Below, in pieces: positions 37,852-47,349 of a DNA stretch of 60,626 bases. The notes below the pieces were generated by a model. The model was given only the letters and a program-made list of their open reading frames with translations. It was not told the DNA's origin and did not search any database. Source of the DNA: Candidatus Hermodarchaeota archaeon. GTDB taxonomy: Archaea; Asgardarchaeota; Lokiarchaeia; Sigyniarchaeales; SOKP01. Every line of letters begins with the position of its first letter. The first letter of the stretch is position 1. Position numbers and translations under genes: made by a program. The stretch is from the NCBI GenBank assembly GCA_048885705.1, contig JBHLLJ010000004.1, positions 1 through 60,626 of the forward strand, in the 5' to 3' direction.

Positions 37852-38937
37852 TTAAGATAAGTGGATATTAGAATAAGATTTCAAATTTAGCTTTCCTTTT
37901 AAGAGAATTTCAACATAAGAAGGTTGTACATGTTGCCAAGCTCCAGAATTTATTATTTCTACTCTCTGATTGTTGATATTTCCATAAGCTATTCCACTGT
38001 GATGAGAATGACCATATATCACATGATTTACTTTTGATAAATTAGAATTTTTTTTTTCCAAAAATTCTTTTATTTCATCAAAATAGTAATCAGGTTTACT
38101 TGCCCGTTGCCATTTTTTCAATATTCGCATGTTTGCTTTAATTAGATTAAATTCTACATTATTTAATTCCGAAAAAAGATTCTCTATTAACTCTAAAGGC
38201 ATTTTCTTTAATTTAGCTAATTCATTTTTCATATTTTCAAAGGTAATAGGTTTTACTTTTCTACCATTCTTAATTACTTGATTCCAGAAATAATCATACG
38301 TTTCCTTAATTTCAAACTTATTATTAGAAATCAATGATTTCCATATTTGTCCTACAAAAAATCGATATATTTCACTATCAAACTGAAAACCATGTGTCAT
38401 AAAACATTCATAATCATTATCCAATTCTATACCTGGAATGCTTACTTCATTAATTGGATTTCCTTCAATTTGATTTCGTGAATCATATAAAAATAGGATA
38501 TCTTCTTTTTCCTTCTTCTTTAATATTAGATATTGACAGAAAATCTCATTATCAAATAATTCATTGAAATCACTCTTTTCAAATCTTTTTATGAATTTTT
38601 CTTTTCGAACCTTAAATTTCTCATCATAATCCCCCGTAACAGGTATTTCATGATTTCCAAGTACAAAAATAAGTTTAATTTTTTTCTTAATTTCTAATAA
38701 AAGCCTAAATATTTCTTGGACTTTTTCTCTTTCCAATAGAGTGTTAGGAATGTCGGTACACAAATCAATAAAATCCCCTAATATTATAAGACCTTGTAAC
38801 TCATTTCCGTACTCTCCATTAAGAATGCTATTTAAAAATTGAATAAATAATTCTCTTTCACAATCTAAGGAACCTAAATGAATATCAGATACAACTAAAA
38901 GTTTACATTCGATTTCATTCACTTTGTTATACTCCAA
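37852..38937 (-). CDS. Calcineurin-like metallophosphoesterase
   Basis: SDIHLG, GDFID, GNHE, THG, GHSH and NSG.W motifs. Confidence 0.9.
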   Translation of the reverse strand: MEYNKVNEIECKLLVVSDIHLGSLDCERELFIQFLNSILNGEYGNELQGLIILGDFIDLCTDIPNTLLEREKVQEIFRLLLEIKKKIKLIFVLGNHEIPVTGDYDEKFKVRKEKFIKRFEKSDFNELFDNEIFCQYLILKKKEKEDILFLYDSRNQIEGNPINEVSIPGIELDNDYECFMTHGFQFDSEIYRFFVGQIWKSLISNNKFEIKETYDYFWNQVIKNGRKVKPITFENMKNELAKLKKMPLELIENLFSELNNVEFNLIKANMRILKKWQRASKPDYYFDEIKEFLEKKNSNLSKVNHVIYGHSHHSGIAYGNINNQRVEIINSGAWQHVQPSYVEILLKGKLNLKSYSNIHLS

Positions 38938-39489
38938 TATATGATAATTTATTATAATTTTGTTAAAATAGAATATAATAAAAGTATTAAGAAGATTGCT
39001 AAATCTTTAATTAGATAAATAAAAAATTAAATTTAAGAATAATTTTTTTGTAAAAGTTATGATATCTGTTTCAAAATTCTTATATTGTTTACTTTTGATG
39101 TATTTTAATATCAAATCTTTTACCTCTTATTATATTTAAAATAAATGGGTTAAAATATTTTACCAAAATATAACAAAGTTTATTCTTTAGATCTTACAAT
39201 TATATTATCTGAAATCAAAAATTGATCATTTTCCATGAATTGAATTCACTAATAAAAAATTTATAAGTTTTTTTCATTTATTTTTTTTGTCGACCATGTT
39301 TGAGTGATCTTATTTATCGGATTAATGATGATCAACCAACATATTTAAATATAAGAAATACTAATTAAGATTTAAATACATAATCAAAATTTAATAAAAA
39401 TATAAAAATTAATATCCTTTTCCTATTTTACCAAACGGGTTAGGGAGATTAAAATTAAATAAAAAATTCGTGGAGGATTGAAAAATATT

Positions 39490-39696
39490 ATGGCAGCATT
39501 CGCTTGGTCTCCTTTGCGCGCTTTAATGAAGAAAGCTGGAGCTGAAATCGTAAGTCGCGCAGCGGTTGACAAATTAATGGATTACTTAGAAGAGTACGCA
39601 AAGAGTCTTACTGGTTGCGCGCTCGATATTGCTAAGCATTCCGGAAGAAAGAAAGTTACTGCAGCAGATATGAAAATCGCTATTGGATTAATATAA
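39490..39696 (+). CDS. Archaeal histone (tail-less, Loki-type)
   Basis: AWSPLR.LMK.AGA..VS..AV..L...LEE....A...A.HSGRK.V...D histone fold. ATG at 39490 after GGAGG. Confidence 0.94.
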   Translation: MAAFAWSPLRALMKKAGAEIVSRAAVDKLMDYLEEYAKSLTGCALDIAKHSGRKKVTAADMKIAIGLI

Positions 39697-39760
39697 AGTG
39701 ATTATCTGCTATTCTTACGGATTGCTTACTTCAAAGAATTAAATTTTTTCTTTTTTTTTT
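39696..39760 (+). terminator. Hairpin plus long T-tract after histone gene
   Basis: AAGTGA..ATCTG / CGGAT..TTACTT imperfect stem (39696-39731), followed by a T-rich run at 39744-39760. Confidence 0.5.
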
Positions 39761-39899
39761 ATTTAAATAAAACAAATTCTTAATTAGTTCAATTTTTACT
39801 ATTTTTAAGAACTTTTTTAATGAAATTATAAAATATACTCTGAATAATGAGGTACCAAAAAAAAATTCATTTTTTATACTTAGGTGAAAAAAAAATTTT

Positions 39900-40754
39900 A
39901 TGGTACTTCAAAAAAAAAAAGTAGTCTATTTATTTCTATTAGTATTTGGTGTAATAATCGGAACTCTCTCTATTCTCTTGTTATATGCGTTTAATTGGAC
40001 TATCATAACTACTACTTACCTAACACATGAAGGGACTTTAGGAATAGTCCTCACTATTGGTGTTAGAATAATTATTGTTTCTTTAATGGCGATATATACA
40101 TTCTATAGATGGTTTAAACAAGAACGACAATATTTCTCAGATATACCCTTCCTGTTTGGTGTATTTTTCTTACTACTTATCTTTGGAAAAATGTTGGACC
40201 TATTCATTGATTTTAGTTATTTTGGATTAGATAGCGCATTACAACTCCTTGTATTTAAAGGCCGGTATTTGATTGCGATTTTGGACCTCCTTCCTATGAT
40301 ATATCTGAGTATTTTTATGATATTATTGTCACTTTCGGTAAAAAGACGATTCAATAAATTAACTAATGAAAAATATCTGAATATAATAAGAATGAGGCTT
40401 TTGTTAATTATTATAGCTATTGAAGTCTTTGTCTGTATCTTCGTTGTAAATGTAGCAATTGCTCCTATTATATATCCAATTACGATACTTCCCTCTCTGA
40501 TTGCGATTGTGTGGCTCTTTAATTTTGCCTGGAGAAATCACCGTCTTTCACAAGTGAATACCTTTATTCTCATGATTGGATTCGGATTATATTTGATCAC
40601 ATCAATTCTGAGACCATTAATCCAATACATTGTTGGAGAATCACCTCTATTTGTCATAATTGCTGAATCATTAGACATTATCATTTTCTTGATCATATAC
40701 CTTGGCCTTTATAAAAAATCAAATTATTCAAATAATGATAACCAGAAGGTTTAA
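39900..40754 (+). CDS. Hypothetical polytopic membrane protein
   Basis: About 8 hydrophobic helices; no catalytic motif recognised. Confidence 0.75.
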   Translation: MVLQKKKVVYLFLLVFGVIIGTLSILLLYAFNWTIITTTYLTHEGTLGIVLTIGVRIIIVSLMAIYTFYRWFKQERQYFSDIPFLFGVFFLLLIFGKMLDLFIDFSYFGLDSALQLLVFKGRYLIAILDLLPMIYLSIFMILLSLSVKRRFNKLTNEKYLNIIRMRLLLIIIAIEVFVCIFVVNVAIAPIIYPITILPSLIAIVWLFNFAWRNHRLSQVNTFILMIGFGLYLITSILRPLIQYIVGESPLFVIIAESLDIIIFLIIYLGLYKKSNYSNNDNQKV

Positions 40755-40949
40755 GGATTTCAAGTATATTTATTGAACTTTGGAATTGTAACACCAATTA
40801 CCAAGTTATTTTATTTACTTCCATTATTTTCTATTTTTTTGAAAATCCATAAAATTGAATTAATTATTTGCGAAAAAAATATTAGTTCTAGATAGAATTA
40901 TTAACAACATAAATTCATAATATATTATTAAAATGTATGTGGAAACTTT

Positions 40950-41495
40950 ATGCTCTTAAATAGATTTAAAGATTCTCCGAAAAATAAATATATAATTATA
41001 ATAACTCTAATAGGTTTGATGATAGTCTTATTAATTTATCTACTTGTTTTTATACCTATTGAAGCTGTTGTATCAACATATGGTATTCTTGATTACGAAT
41101 TTGCCTGGACTCCCGATAGAATATTAATCATCTTTTCAGCATGGGGTTCTGAAGGAATGGCTAACCAAGCTCTAGCAATATATTGGGATTTTTTATTCAT
41201 AGTCGGATATGTTTCTTTTGCTCTTGGACTAATACTTATTGTACTAAGAAGATCAGAAGGAAAAATGCAAACTATTGGAATTTATTTTACCTTAACTCCT
41301 TTTATGACCGGGATTTTTGATATAATTGAGAATTTAAACCTGCTTATAATCCTTAGCAATCCTACTTCAATCTCAATTATTAATTCTTTAACCGCATCTT
41401 TAAGTGCACTAATCAAGTTTAGTTTCTTATTTAGTGCGATTATATATTTTGTAATAGCACTAATTACCATAATCCTAAACAAGATTAGAAAATAG
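40950..41495 (+). CDS. Hypothetical membrane protein
   Basis: Hydrophobic helices with D.LFI..Y and D..EN motifs. Confidence 0.75.
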   Translation: MLLNRFKDSPKNKYIIIITLIGLMIVLLIYLLVFIPIEAVVSTYGILDYEFAWTPDRILIIFSAWGSEGMANQALAIYWDFLFIVGYVSFALGLILIVLRRSEGKMQTIGIYFTLTPFMTGIFDIIENLNLLIILSNPTSISIINSLTASLSALIKFSFLFSAIIYFVIALITIILNKIRK

Positions 41496-41588
41496 AAAAA
41501 GTAAAAATTCTATTTTTCTAATTTTTATTTTTTTACTAAACCGTCCTACTTATTCGTTTTAAATACGTCTTGGAGTGATTTTATTGTT

Positions 41589-41771
41589 ATGTTATCAAGT
41601 ACAATATGCGATAAATGTGGATATCTTATGAATTATAATGTTAAACATCAAGAAAGTTGTTTAGATTGTACTCAATTCTATTGTTCTAAGTGCGGTTATA
41701 GATATGAAGTAGGTTTTCGATATAATAGTCTAATTGAAAAACATGTTAAATATATAAGATTTATTCAGTAG
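41589..41771 (+). CDS. Small zinc-finger protein
   Basis: 60 aa with CDKCG, CLDC and YCSKCG. Confidence 0.55.
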   Translation: MLSSTICDKCGYLMNYNVKHQESCLDCTQFYCSKCGYRYEVGFRYNSLIEKHVKYIRFIQ

Positions 41772-41806
41772 TTTTGAATTATTTTATTAAAAACTAATAA
41801 TTAAAT

Positions 41807-42298
41807 TCATAAATTCCTTTGCATCCAGATTATATCAAAATTGTGATTAAATTTTTTACCAATATTCTTAAATCTTCCACATTCAACAAAACCATGTTTT
41901 TTATGAAAATTTAAGCTTGACTGATTTAACGAAGATAAATTTACTAAGAGAATACTAATTCCGTGTTCTTTAGCATCTTTAATTAATTTATTTAATAATA
42001 ATGTACCTAAACCCTTATTTGTGTGTTTTTCATTAATAAAATATGTTATCTGACCAGTGTGTTCAAAATTTTTGTATGGCAAGTAATTTTTTAAGAACGC
42101 AAAACCAATAGTTCTTGTTCCTAATTCTAATATATAAAAGAATTGAGAAGTTTGCATAATATCATGAAAAAAATTAGTCTTTACTTCATCCTCAAGATAA
42201 GCAGCAAAAGAGTTTTTTATATAATAATTAAAAATAGATAAAATATCATTTATATCGGAAGTATTAGCATTCCTTATTATAAATTCATTTTTCATCAT
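41807..42298 (-). CDS. GNAT N-acetyltransferase (phosphinothricin acetyltransferase/YncA-like)
   Basis: IR.A...D, I.N.YI, KGLGT.LL, N..SL.FH.K.GF...G.F...G.KF...D..WMQ. Confidence 0.9.
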   Translation of the reverse strand: MMKNEFIIRNANTSDINDILSIFNYYIKNSFAAYLEDEVKTNFFHDIMQTSQFFYILELGTRTIGFAFLKNYLPYKNFEHTGQITYFINEKHTNKGLGTLLLNKLIKDAKEHGISILLVNLSSLNQSSLNFHKKHGFVECGRFKNIGKKFNHNFDIIWMQRNL

Positions 42299-42366
42299 TA
42301 TAGATCTATAAGGTATTTAGAATCTTATTTAATGAATTTTTTCCAATGAAAAAGAAAAAAAATAAT

Positions 42367-42439
42367 AATCCCAAAACCCTTGCAAGGTCGTCTATGAGTG
42401 TCTCACTTTTTCACACTCAATTCATTCTTATCTGGGATT
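42367..42439 (-). promoter_or_regulatory. SECIS-like RNA element in the 3' UTR of the UxxU peroxiredoxin-like gene
   Basis: Minus-strand transcript: UAA-GA-AUGAA-U-UGAGUGU-[GAAAAAGUGAG]-ACACUCA-U-AGAC, giving an AUGA/GA core, 7-bp stem and A-rich loop; flanked by AAUCCCAGA / UUUGGGAUU pairing. Confidence 0.75.
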
Positions 42440-42955
42440 TTTAATATATTTATCAATTAGTAAAATCATTGCTCCTACTGAAGGTCTATCTGTCTTGTCT
42501 TTTCCTATATATTTCCAAATAATTTTACCATTCTTATTGATTAAGAATTTACTAGGTATCGCTTGTTTTACTTTAATTTTTCCCCAACCTTCAGCAAACC
42601 AATAGACATCATAGTCTTTAGCAATTTTAGCACCTCGATCAGAGATCATATCTACAGGGAAGCCATTTTCTTCTTTAAATTTTCTCAAAAGTCCGGGTGT
42701 ATCACTAGATATGGATATAATTTTTATATTTCGTTTTTTAAACTCTTGGAAGTATTCGGTTAAATGTATCAATTCTTCTTTTCAATAAGTTCACCAACTA
42801 CCTCGGAAAAAATCAATTAATATGCCGTTATGATTTTTTAATAGATTTTCGAAACTTATTGGTTTGTTATGTATATCTACTGTATTTATCATTGGTGCTG
42901 TAGAATGTAATGTCAATCCCCTAGGTTTATGTGTTTCTATTTTATTTGAATCCAT
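42428..42955 (-). CDS. Peroxiredoxin-like (AhpC/TSA) selenoprotein with UxxU motif, 175 aa
   Basis: From ATG at 42955: MDSNK...GL...AP....DI....I....LL....ILIDFFRGSW-TGA-TY-TGA-KEELIHL, continuing in frame into the track ORF (ISSD, SD...IA..Y, P..FLI...GKI.W.Y...DRP). TGAs at 42793-42791 and 42784-42782 occupy both positions of the FRG.WCPYC motif. Confidence 0.88.
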
Positions 42956-43093
42956 CTTATCTCATACCATAAATTAATTTCAATGCAATAAATCAACTTT
43001 CCTGTAATAATAAAGTCTATAGTTTTAAACATTAGGAATTCGAAAGATTTTTATTTTTAAACTTTATTTTAAACTGATTTCATAATTGGCTCT

Positions 43094-43630
43094 TCACTCA
43101 CTTGAAAATTTTTCAAAAAGGATTTCAGTTATTACATCAAAAGCTCTTTCAACATTAGCACCTGTTTTTGAGGATAATTCAACAAAAGAGGCAAGATTAT
43201 ACTTTTTTGCTGCTAATATTCCATCTTCTCTAGGAACCACTCTAAACTCTTCAAGATCTACCTTAGAACCTATTAACATGATTGGTATATCCCCTGCATG
43301 TTCCCTTATCACTTGTGTCCAATCTGGAAGATGCTCTAATGATGATTGATTGGTAATATCATATAAGAAAAAAGCTCCATTTGCACCCTTACAATACTGA
43401 GAGAGTAAGAACCGAAACCTTTCTTCCCCACCAAAATCCCATATCTGTAATTTTACTTTTTTATCATTGAAATTTGTCGTTTTAGAATAGAAATCTACTC
43501 CAATCGTTAATTTCAAGTCTTCTTGAAAAAAACCCGAAATATATCTTATTGTAAGTGATGTTTTTCCCACGGACGCATCTCCCAACATTAACACCTTAAA
43601 TGTATAATCGTATTGAGTCAAACTAATCAA
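43094..43630 (-). CDS. Rab-like small GTPase
   Basis: YDYTFKVLMLGDASVGKTSL, TIGVDF, KLQIWDFGGEERFR, GSKVDL, ELSSKTG.NV; no C-terminal cysteines. Confidence 0.95.
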   Translation of the reverse strand: MISLTQYDYTFKVLMLGDASVGKTSLTIRYISGFFQEDLKLTIGVDFYSKTTNFNDKKVKLQIWDFGGEERFRFLLSQYCKGANGAFFLYDITNQSSLEHLPDWTQVIREHAGDIPIMLIGSKVDLEEFRVVPREDGILAAKKYNLASFVELSSKTGANVERAFDVITEILFEKFSSE

Positions 43631-43785
43631 TAATAATTAAATTTTTAGGGTTTTAATCAAATAATTAAGTGGATGGATTAAACTTTTTACTAAGTCAGAA
43701 TAAATTTTAATTTATAAAATTAATATACCTAATATTAATTAATTTTTGTCTAATTTAAAAATTATAATTTCGTATATAATAGAAA

Positions 43786-44427
43786 TCAAATTACCAACAA
43801 TAAAATATTAAAAAAAGAATGAGCAACAGAACCTGGAATTATCGAATAATTAAAATATACATATATGAAGGATAAGAAAAGTCCAAAAGTAAAATAATAC
43901 CCAAAGAAAGTTATTATTGTAGGCATCGGTACTAAAAATGGCGGAACATGGTAAACAGTAAAAATGGCAGAAGAAATAAGAATAGAGTAAACTAATTTTA
44001 ATTTGAAATTAAACTTCTTAATAAGAAATCCCCTAAAAAAAGATTCTTCACAAGGCCCAGTTATGATAATTTGCATAATTATTATAATACACAACTGAAT
44101 AGCACTAGGTTGTAGAGGAGTTGTACTAATAGTTCCTTCTTGAGCTTGTTGAACAAATTCATTACCAAATAGATTTCTGATAATCAAATCTCTAAATAAA
44201 ATGAGAATAAAATTACTAAAGAAGAAAAACAAAATACCAAAACTTAACCCTAATAGAATTTTTATAAACATATTCTTATTTTTTTGAAAACCCATCTCAT
44301 TTATTTCATCCATGAATGATTTCTTCATTAATCGACTGCTAATTAAAGCCGGTAAAACAACAAAAAGTATCTCAAAAAGCATTATCCCTATTAAAATCCA
44401 AGTATTTTCTCCCAACTGCAGGCTCAT
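43786..44427 (-). CDS. CPBP (Abi/CAAX) family intramembrane glutamic protease
   Basis: EESFFRG, FTVYH and HSFFN motifs intact. ATG at 44427 preferred. Confidence 0.9.
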   Translation of the reverse strand: MSLQLGENTWILIGIMLFEILFVVLPALISSRLMKKSFMDEINEMGFQKNKNMFIKILLGLSFGILFFFFSNFILILFRDLIIRNLFGNEFVQQAQEGTISTTPLQPSAIQLCIIIIMQIIITGPCEESFFRGFLIKKFNFKLKLVYSILISSAIFTVYHVPPFLVPMPTIITFFGYYFTFGLFLSFIYVYFNYSIIPGSVAHSFFNILLLVI

Positions 44428-44521
44428 TTTATATATGTTTTTTATAATTATTTTTAGCATATAAATCAAAAAATTGAAGATCTCATTATTATTATTATTA
44501 ATTCGATTATATGTACTTTTA

Positions 44522-45802
44522 ATGACAATTAGGGATAATTATATTAATTCAGAAAGTACAAATTTTAATAATTTTTCCCATAATGCTGATGCTATCAATA
44601 ATTATGGACTGACAAAAGAGCAAATTCTCCACAATTACCTTAGATTAATTGCTAAAGAATATTTAGCAATTGAAGAGTTAAAGAACTCCTTTGTCAAAAT
44701 AGTTCTTGAAAATATAGAGGAATTAAATTTTTCTCAATTCATAAATTTCCCTAAATTTAATATTAAAGAAGTTTTTTTGAAAAAAGAAGTTAAACCTGCA
44801 AATATTAGAGGATTAAATGTAGTATCTGTTGATGGAAGCTCTGTAACCAAGAAATATGCGGATGTAGACTTCTCATTTTTAAAAGCTATAGCAGTAAAGT
44901 ATTACTTCAGAAAAAACCATGTTGCTAATATTGCTTATTTCCCCGATCTTAATGGTTTTAATAATTATTTAGTTCAAAGTAATTTCCTTAATCGAGATGA
45001 AATAGCAGTTGAAACTAAAATATCCATTGATATGACGTTTATGGAAATCAACCTATTAAATAATATGATTGAAAAATCTTCTGATATTGATATGATAATA
45101 ATTGATGGTTCGATTGTTATTATGCCAATAAATTTGGTATTTACTAAAGATCTTGAGATTTCTAAGATGTACGATAAATTATTGAAAGAATACCAGAAAT
45201 TATACTTAAATTGTAAAGAAAAAGGAATATTATTAATAGGTTCAATTAAAGATACAAGAACTTCTGCTTTATGTCATTTATTAAGAGATTCTATTCAATT
45301 ATTAAAACCTAATCAGACAAGATTAACTGATTTTATTAAGGCTGATTATCGAAAAGTAATAGAGTATTTTTCAGATTTAGATTTGTTTAATAGAATAATG
45401 AAAAAGTCTGAAAGAACCTGTATTTTCAATTGTAAAAGAGAAATTGATAAAATAAGAGATACAGGAATTAAAAAAGAAATTCCATATTATTTTCCTCTCT
45501 CTTTTTATGCATTCTATCTAAAGACTGTCCAATATGATACTCCTTGCAGAATTGAGTTTTTTATGGAAGAGACACACTCTTTTAAAAAGGCTTCAGAAAA
45601 AGCAGATCTAATTACATCGATTATATTACCAATATCAAATTTGAATGAGAATTATGGTTTACCTATTCCTCAAGTTGAAGCCCATAAGAGAGCTGTTTTT
45701 AAAGCAACAGAAGTAGATCTATTACTCAATAATCTGACTAGAACTTTGAATCTACATGGTATTTCTCTATTAGAAAAAAGAAGAAATAGGAGACCATTTT
45801 AG
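44522..45802 (+). CDS. nurA: NurA-family nuclease
   Basis: VSVDGS, E..L, IIIDGS, G..KD, RIEF, YG.P.P..EAH..A. ATG at 44522 preferred. Confidence 0.8.
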   Translation: MTIRDNYINSESTNFNNFSHNADAINNYGLTKEQILHNYLRLIAKEYLAIEELKNSFVKIVLENIEELNFSQFINFPKFNIKEVFLKKEVKPANIRGLNVVSVDGSSVTKKYADVDFSFLKAIAVKYYFRKNHVANIAYFPDLNGFNNYLVQSNFLNRDEIAVETKISIDMTFMEINLLNNMIEKSSDIDMIIIDGSIVIMPINLVFTKDLEISKMYDKLLKEYQKLYLNCKEKGILLIGSIKDTRTSALCHLLRDSIQLLKPNQTRLTDFIKADYRKVIEYFSDLDLFNRIMKKSERTCIFNCKREIDKIRDTGIKKEIPYYFPLSFYAFYLKTVQYDTPCRIEFFMEETHSFKKASEKADLITSIILPISNLNENYGLPIPQVEAHKRAVFKATEVDLLLNNLTRTLNLHGISLLEKRRNRRPF

Positions 45803-46482
45803 CGTTTATTGTATTTAAGCCTATTTAAATAAAGATCTTCGAAAAATATATGTTTTTTTTTGACAATTTCATTGTAATACCCCAATCTGGTGATTTCCTT
45901 ATTTAACACTTTTAAATTGGTTCTACTGGAAGTAGTACAATAAATATAATGTTCTTTGTTTAAATTCAAAAAAGAAGTGGCATTTCTAAGAAATTTAACT
46001 AAAATTTCATAACCTTTAATTCCACCATCCCAACTATAGTCTATAGCTTTCTTTTCTTCTTCTTTTATTAATTGAGAAGAAGGTAAGTAGGGTGGATTAA
46101 ATACAATAATGTTAAAGGCATGTTTAAGGTTATTTGGAAATGCATTAAATAAATCCGAATGCAAAAATGTTATTTTATGATCGATTCCATTTGCTACCTG
46201 ATTAATTTCTGCACATTTTATTGCCTCCACTAAAATATCCGATCCGAAAATCTTTGGCTTAAAATTTAAATATTCCATTTTTATTAGTTGAAAGAAAATT
46301 GCAATTATGCCGGTTCCCGTACCTAAATCAAGAATATTTTGAATCTCATTTATATTAATGCCATCAAAAGAAGTAGAATCAATATGAGATTTGAAATAGT
46401 CTAATAATAGATAAGTATCATCCGAAGGTGCATAAACACAATTAAAATCAAAGTTAATTATTGGATCTGGAAATTTAAACAT
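45799..46482 (-). CDS. HemK/PrmC (Mtq2/N6AMT1-like) release-factor glutamine methyltransferase
   Basis: VYAPSDDTYLL, LDLGTGTG, SDLF, FNPPYLP, W.GG..G, FFE.L. Confidence 0.92.
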   Translation of the reverse strand: MFKFPDPIINFDFNCVYAPSDDTYLLLDYFKSHIDSTSFDGININEIQNILDLGTGTGIIAIFFQLIKMEYLNFKPKIFGSDILVEAIKCAEINQVANGIDHKITFLHSDLFNAFPNNLKHAFNIIVFNPPYLPSSQLIKEEEKKAIDYSWDGGIKGYEILVKFLRNATSFLNLNKEHYIYCTTSSRTNLKVLNKEITRLGYYNEIVKKKHIFFEDLYLNRLKYNKR

Positions 46483-46503
46483 CTTAATTTTTAAAAATTT
46501 TTT

Positions 46504-47349
46504 TTATGAATAGAATAACTTACATATTTCAGTATAATCATCAATTTCAAAGTTGAATACTTTTTTATTTTCATAATTGTTATTCCGTAAAATTGATTGA
46601 ATTTGTTCTTTCGATAACATCCTAATTTTTTGAGTTTTAAGAAATAGATCAATTGCGTTAACTATATTTTTATTCTTATATGGCATTATCCCACCAATAA
46701 ATTTTAAAAAGAATTCAATTGCATCTTTTTCTAAGAAGAAAGTATTAATTTTTTCTCTAGGGATGAGTTTTATTAATGATATAGGGATTTCTGGGATAGG
46801 GTAAAAGCTTTTTTTTGAGATATTTAATCTTAAGACAGGTTTCATGAAAGTGTTGACACTTATACTAATTCGTGATAAATTTTTATAATCTCCTGTTAAA
46901 AAAATTCTATCAGTAATACTTTTTTCAATAGATAAGATTCCGATTGGTCTTTCTCTTTTGAAAAATATCTTGTCCAATATTGCCCCTGTTATCGTATAGG
47001 GTATATTAGATATAACTTTATGATGAGTAGGAACTTCTACTTGGAGTATATCTCCCTGAATGATTTCTATATTATTATATGTAGAGAATTTATTAATTAA
47101 ATATGAAGATAACCGGTGATCTATTTCAATAGCATATATTTTTTTTGCCAACTTTACTAATTCTTGAGTTATAATTCCTAGCCCCGGTCCAATTTCTAAG
47201 ATAACATCGTTTTGAGTGACTTCAGAAACAGATATAATTTTTCTTACTATATTTTTATCTGTTAAGAAATTTTGCCCTAGCTTTTTATTTGGATTTATTT
47301 TAAGTTGCTTTAAGGTAAGTTGTGTTTCTATTTTATCCATAAGGTTCAT
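46504..47349 (-). CDS. ksgA: 16S rRNA dimethyladenosine transferase KsgA/Dim1
   Basis: KKLGQNFL, LEIGPGLG, IEID, SNIPY.I, F.P.P. Confidence 0.95.
   Translation of the reverse strand: MNLMDKIETQLTLKQLKINPNKKLGQNFLTDKNIVRKIISVSEVTQNDVILEIGPGLGIITQELVKLAKKIYAIEIDHRLSSYLINKFSTYNNIEIIQGDILQVEVPTHHKVISNIPYTITGAILDKIFFKRERPIGILSIEKSITDRIFLTGDYKNLSRISISVNTFMKPVLRLNISKKSFYPIPEIPISLIKLIPREKINTFFLEKDAIEFFLKFIGGIMPYKNKNIVNAIDLFLKTQKIRMLSKEQIQSILRNNNYENKKVFNFEIDDYTEICKLFYS

Noticed and set aside
39696-39731. Homology of the histone 3' hairpin to the metazoan histone stem-loop
   Set aside because: Neither sequence nor geometry matches the 6-bp stem / 4-nt loop consensus; more simply a terminator-associated hairpin.
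42428-42955. Reading the peroxiredoxin-like gene as a pseudogene, or as genome-wide TGA reassignment
   Set aside because: The TGAs fall exactly on both Cys positions, with a SECIS-like element downstream. TGA is used as a normal stop in other genes here (e.g. priL, rpoA', rpoF).
42956-42970. In-frame upstream ATG GTA TGA GAT AAG before the selenoprotein start (a possible third Sec)
   Set aside because: It coincides with the probable ribosome-binding region and lies outside any conserved domain; no support for readthrough.
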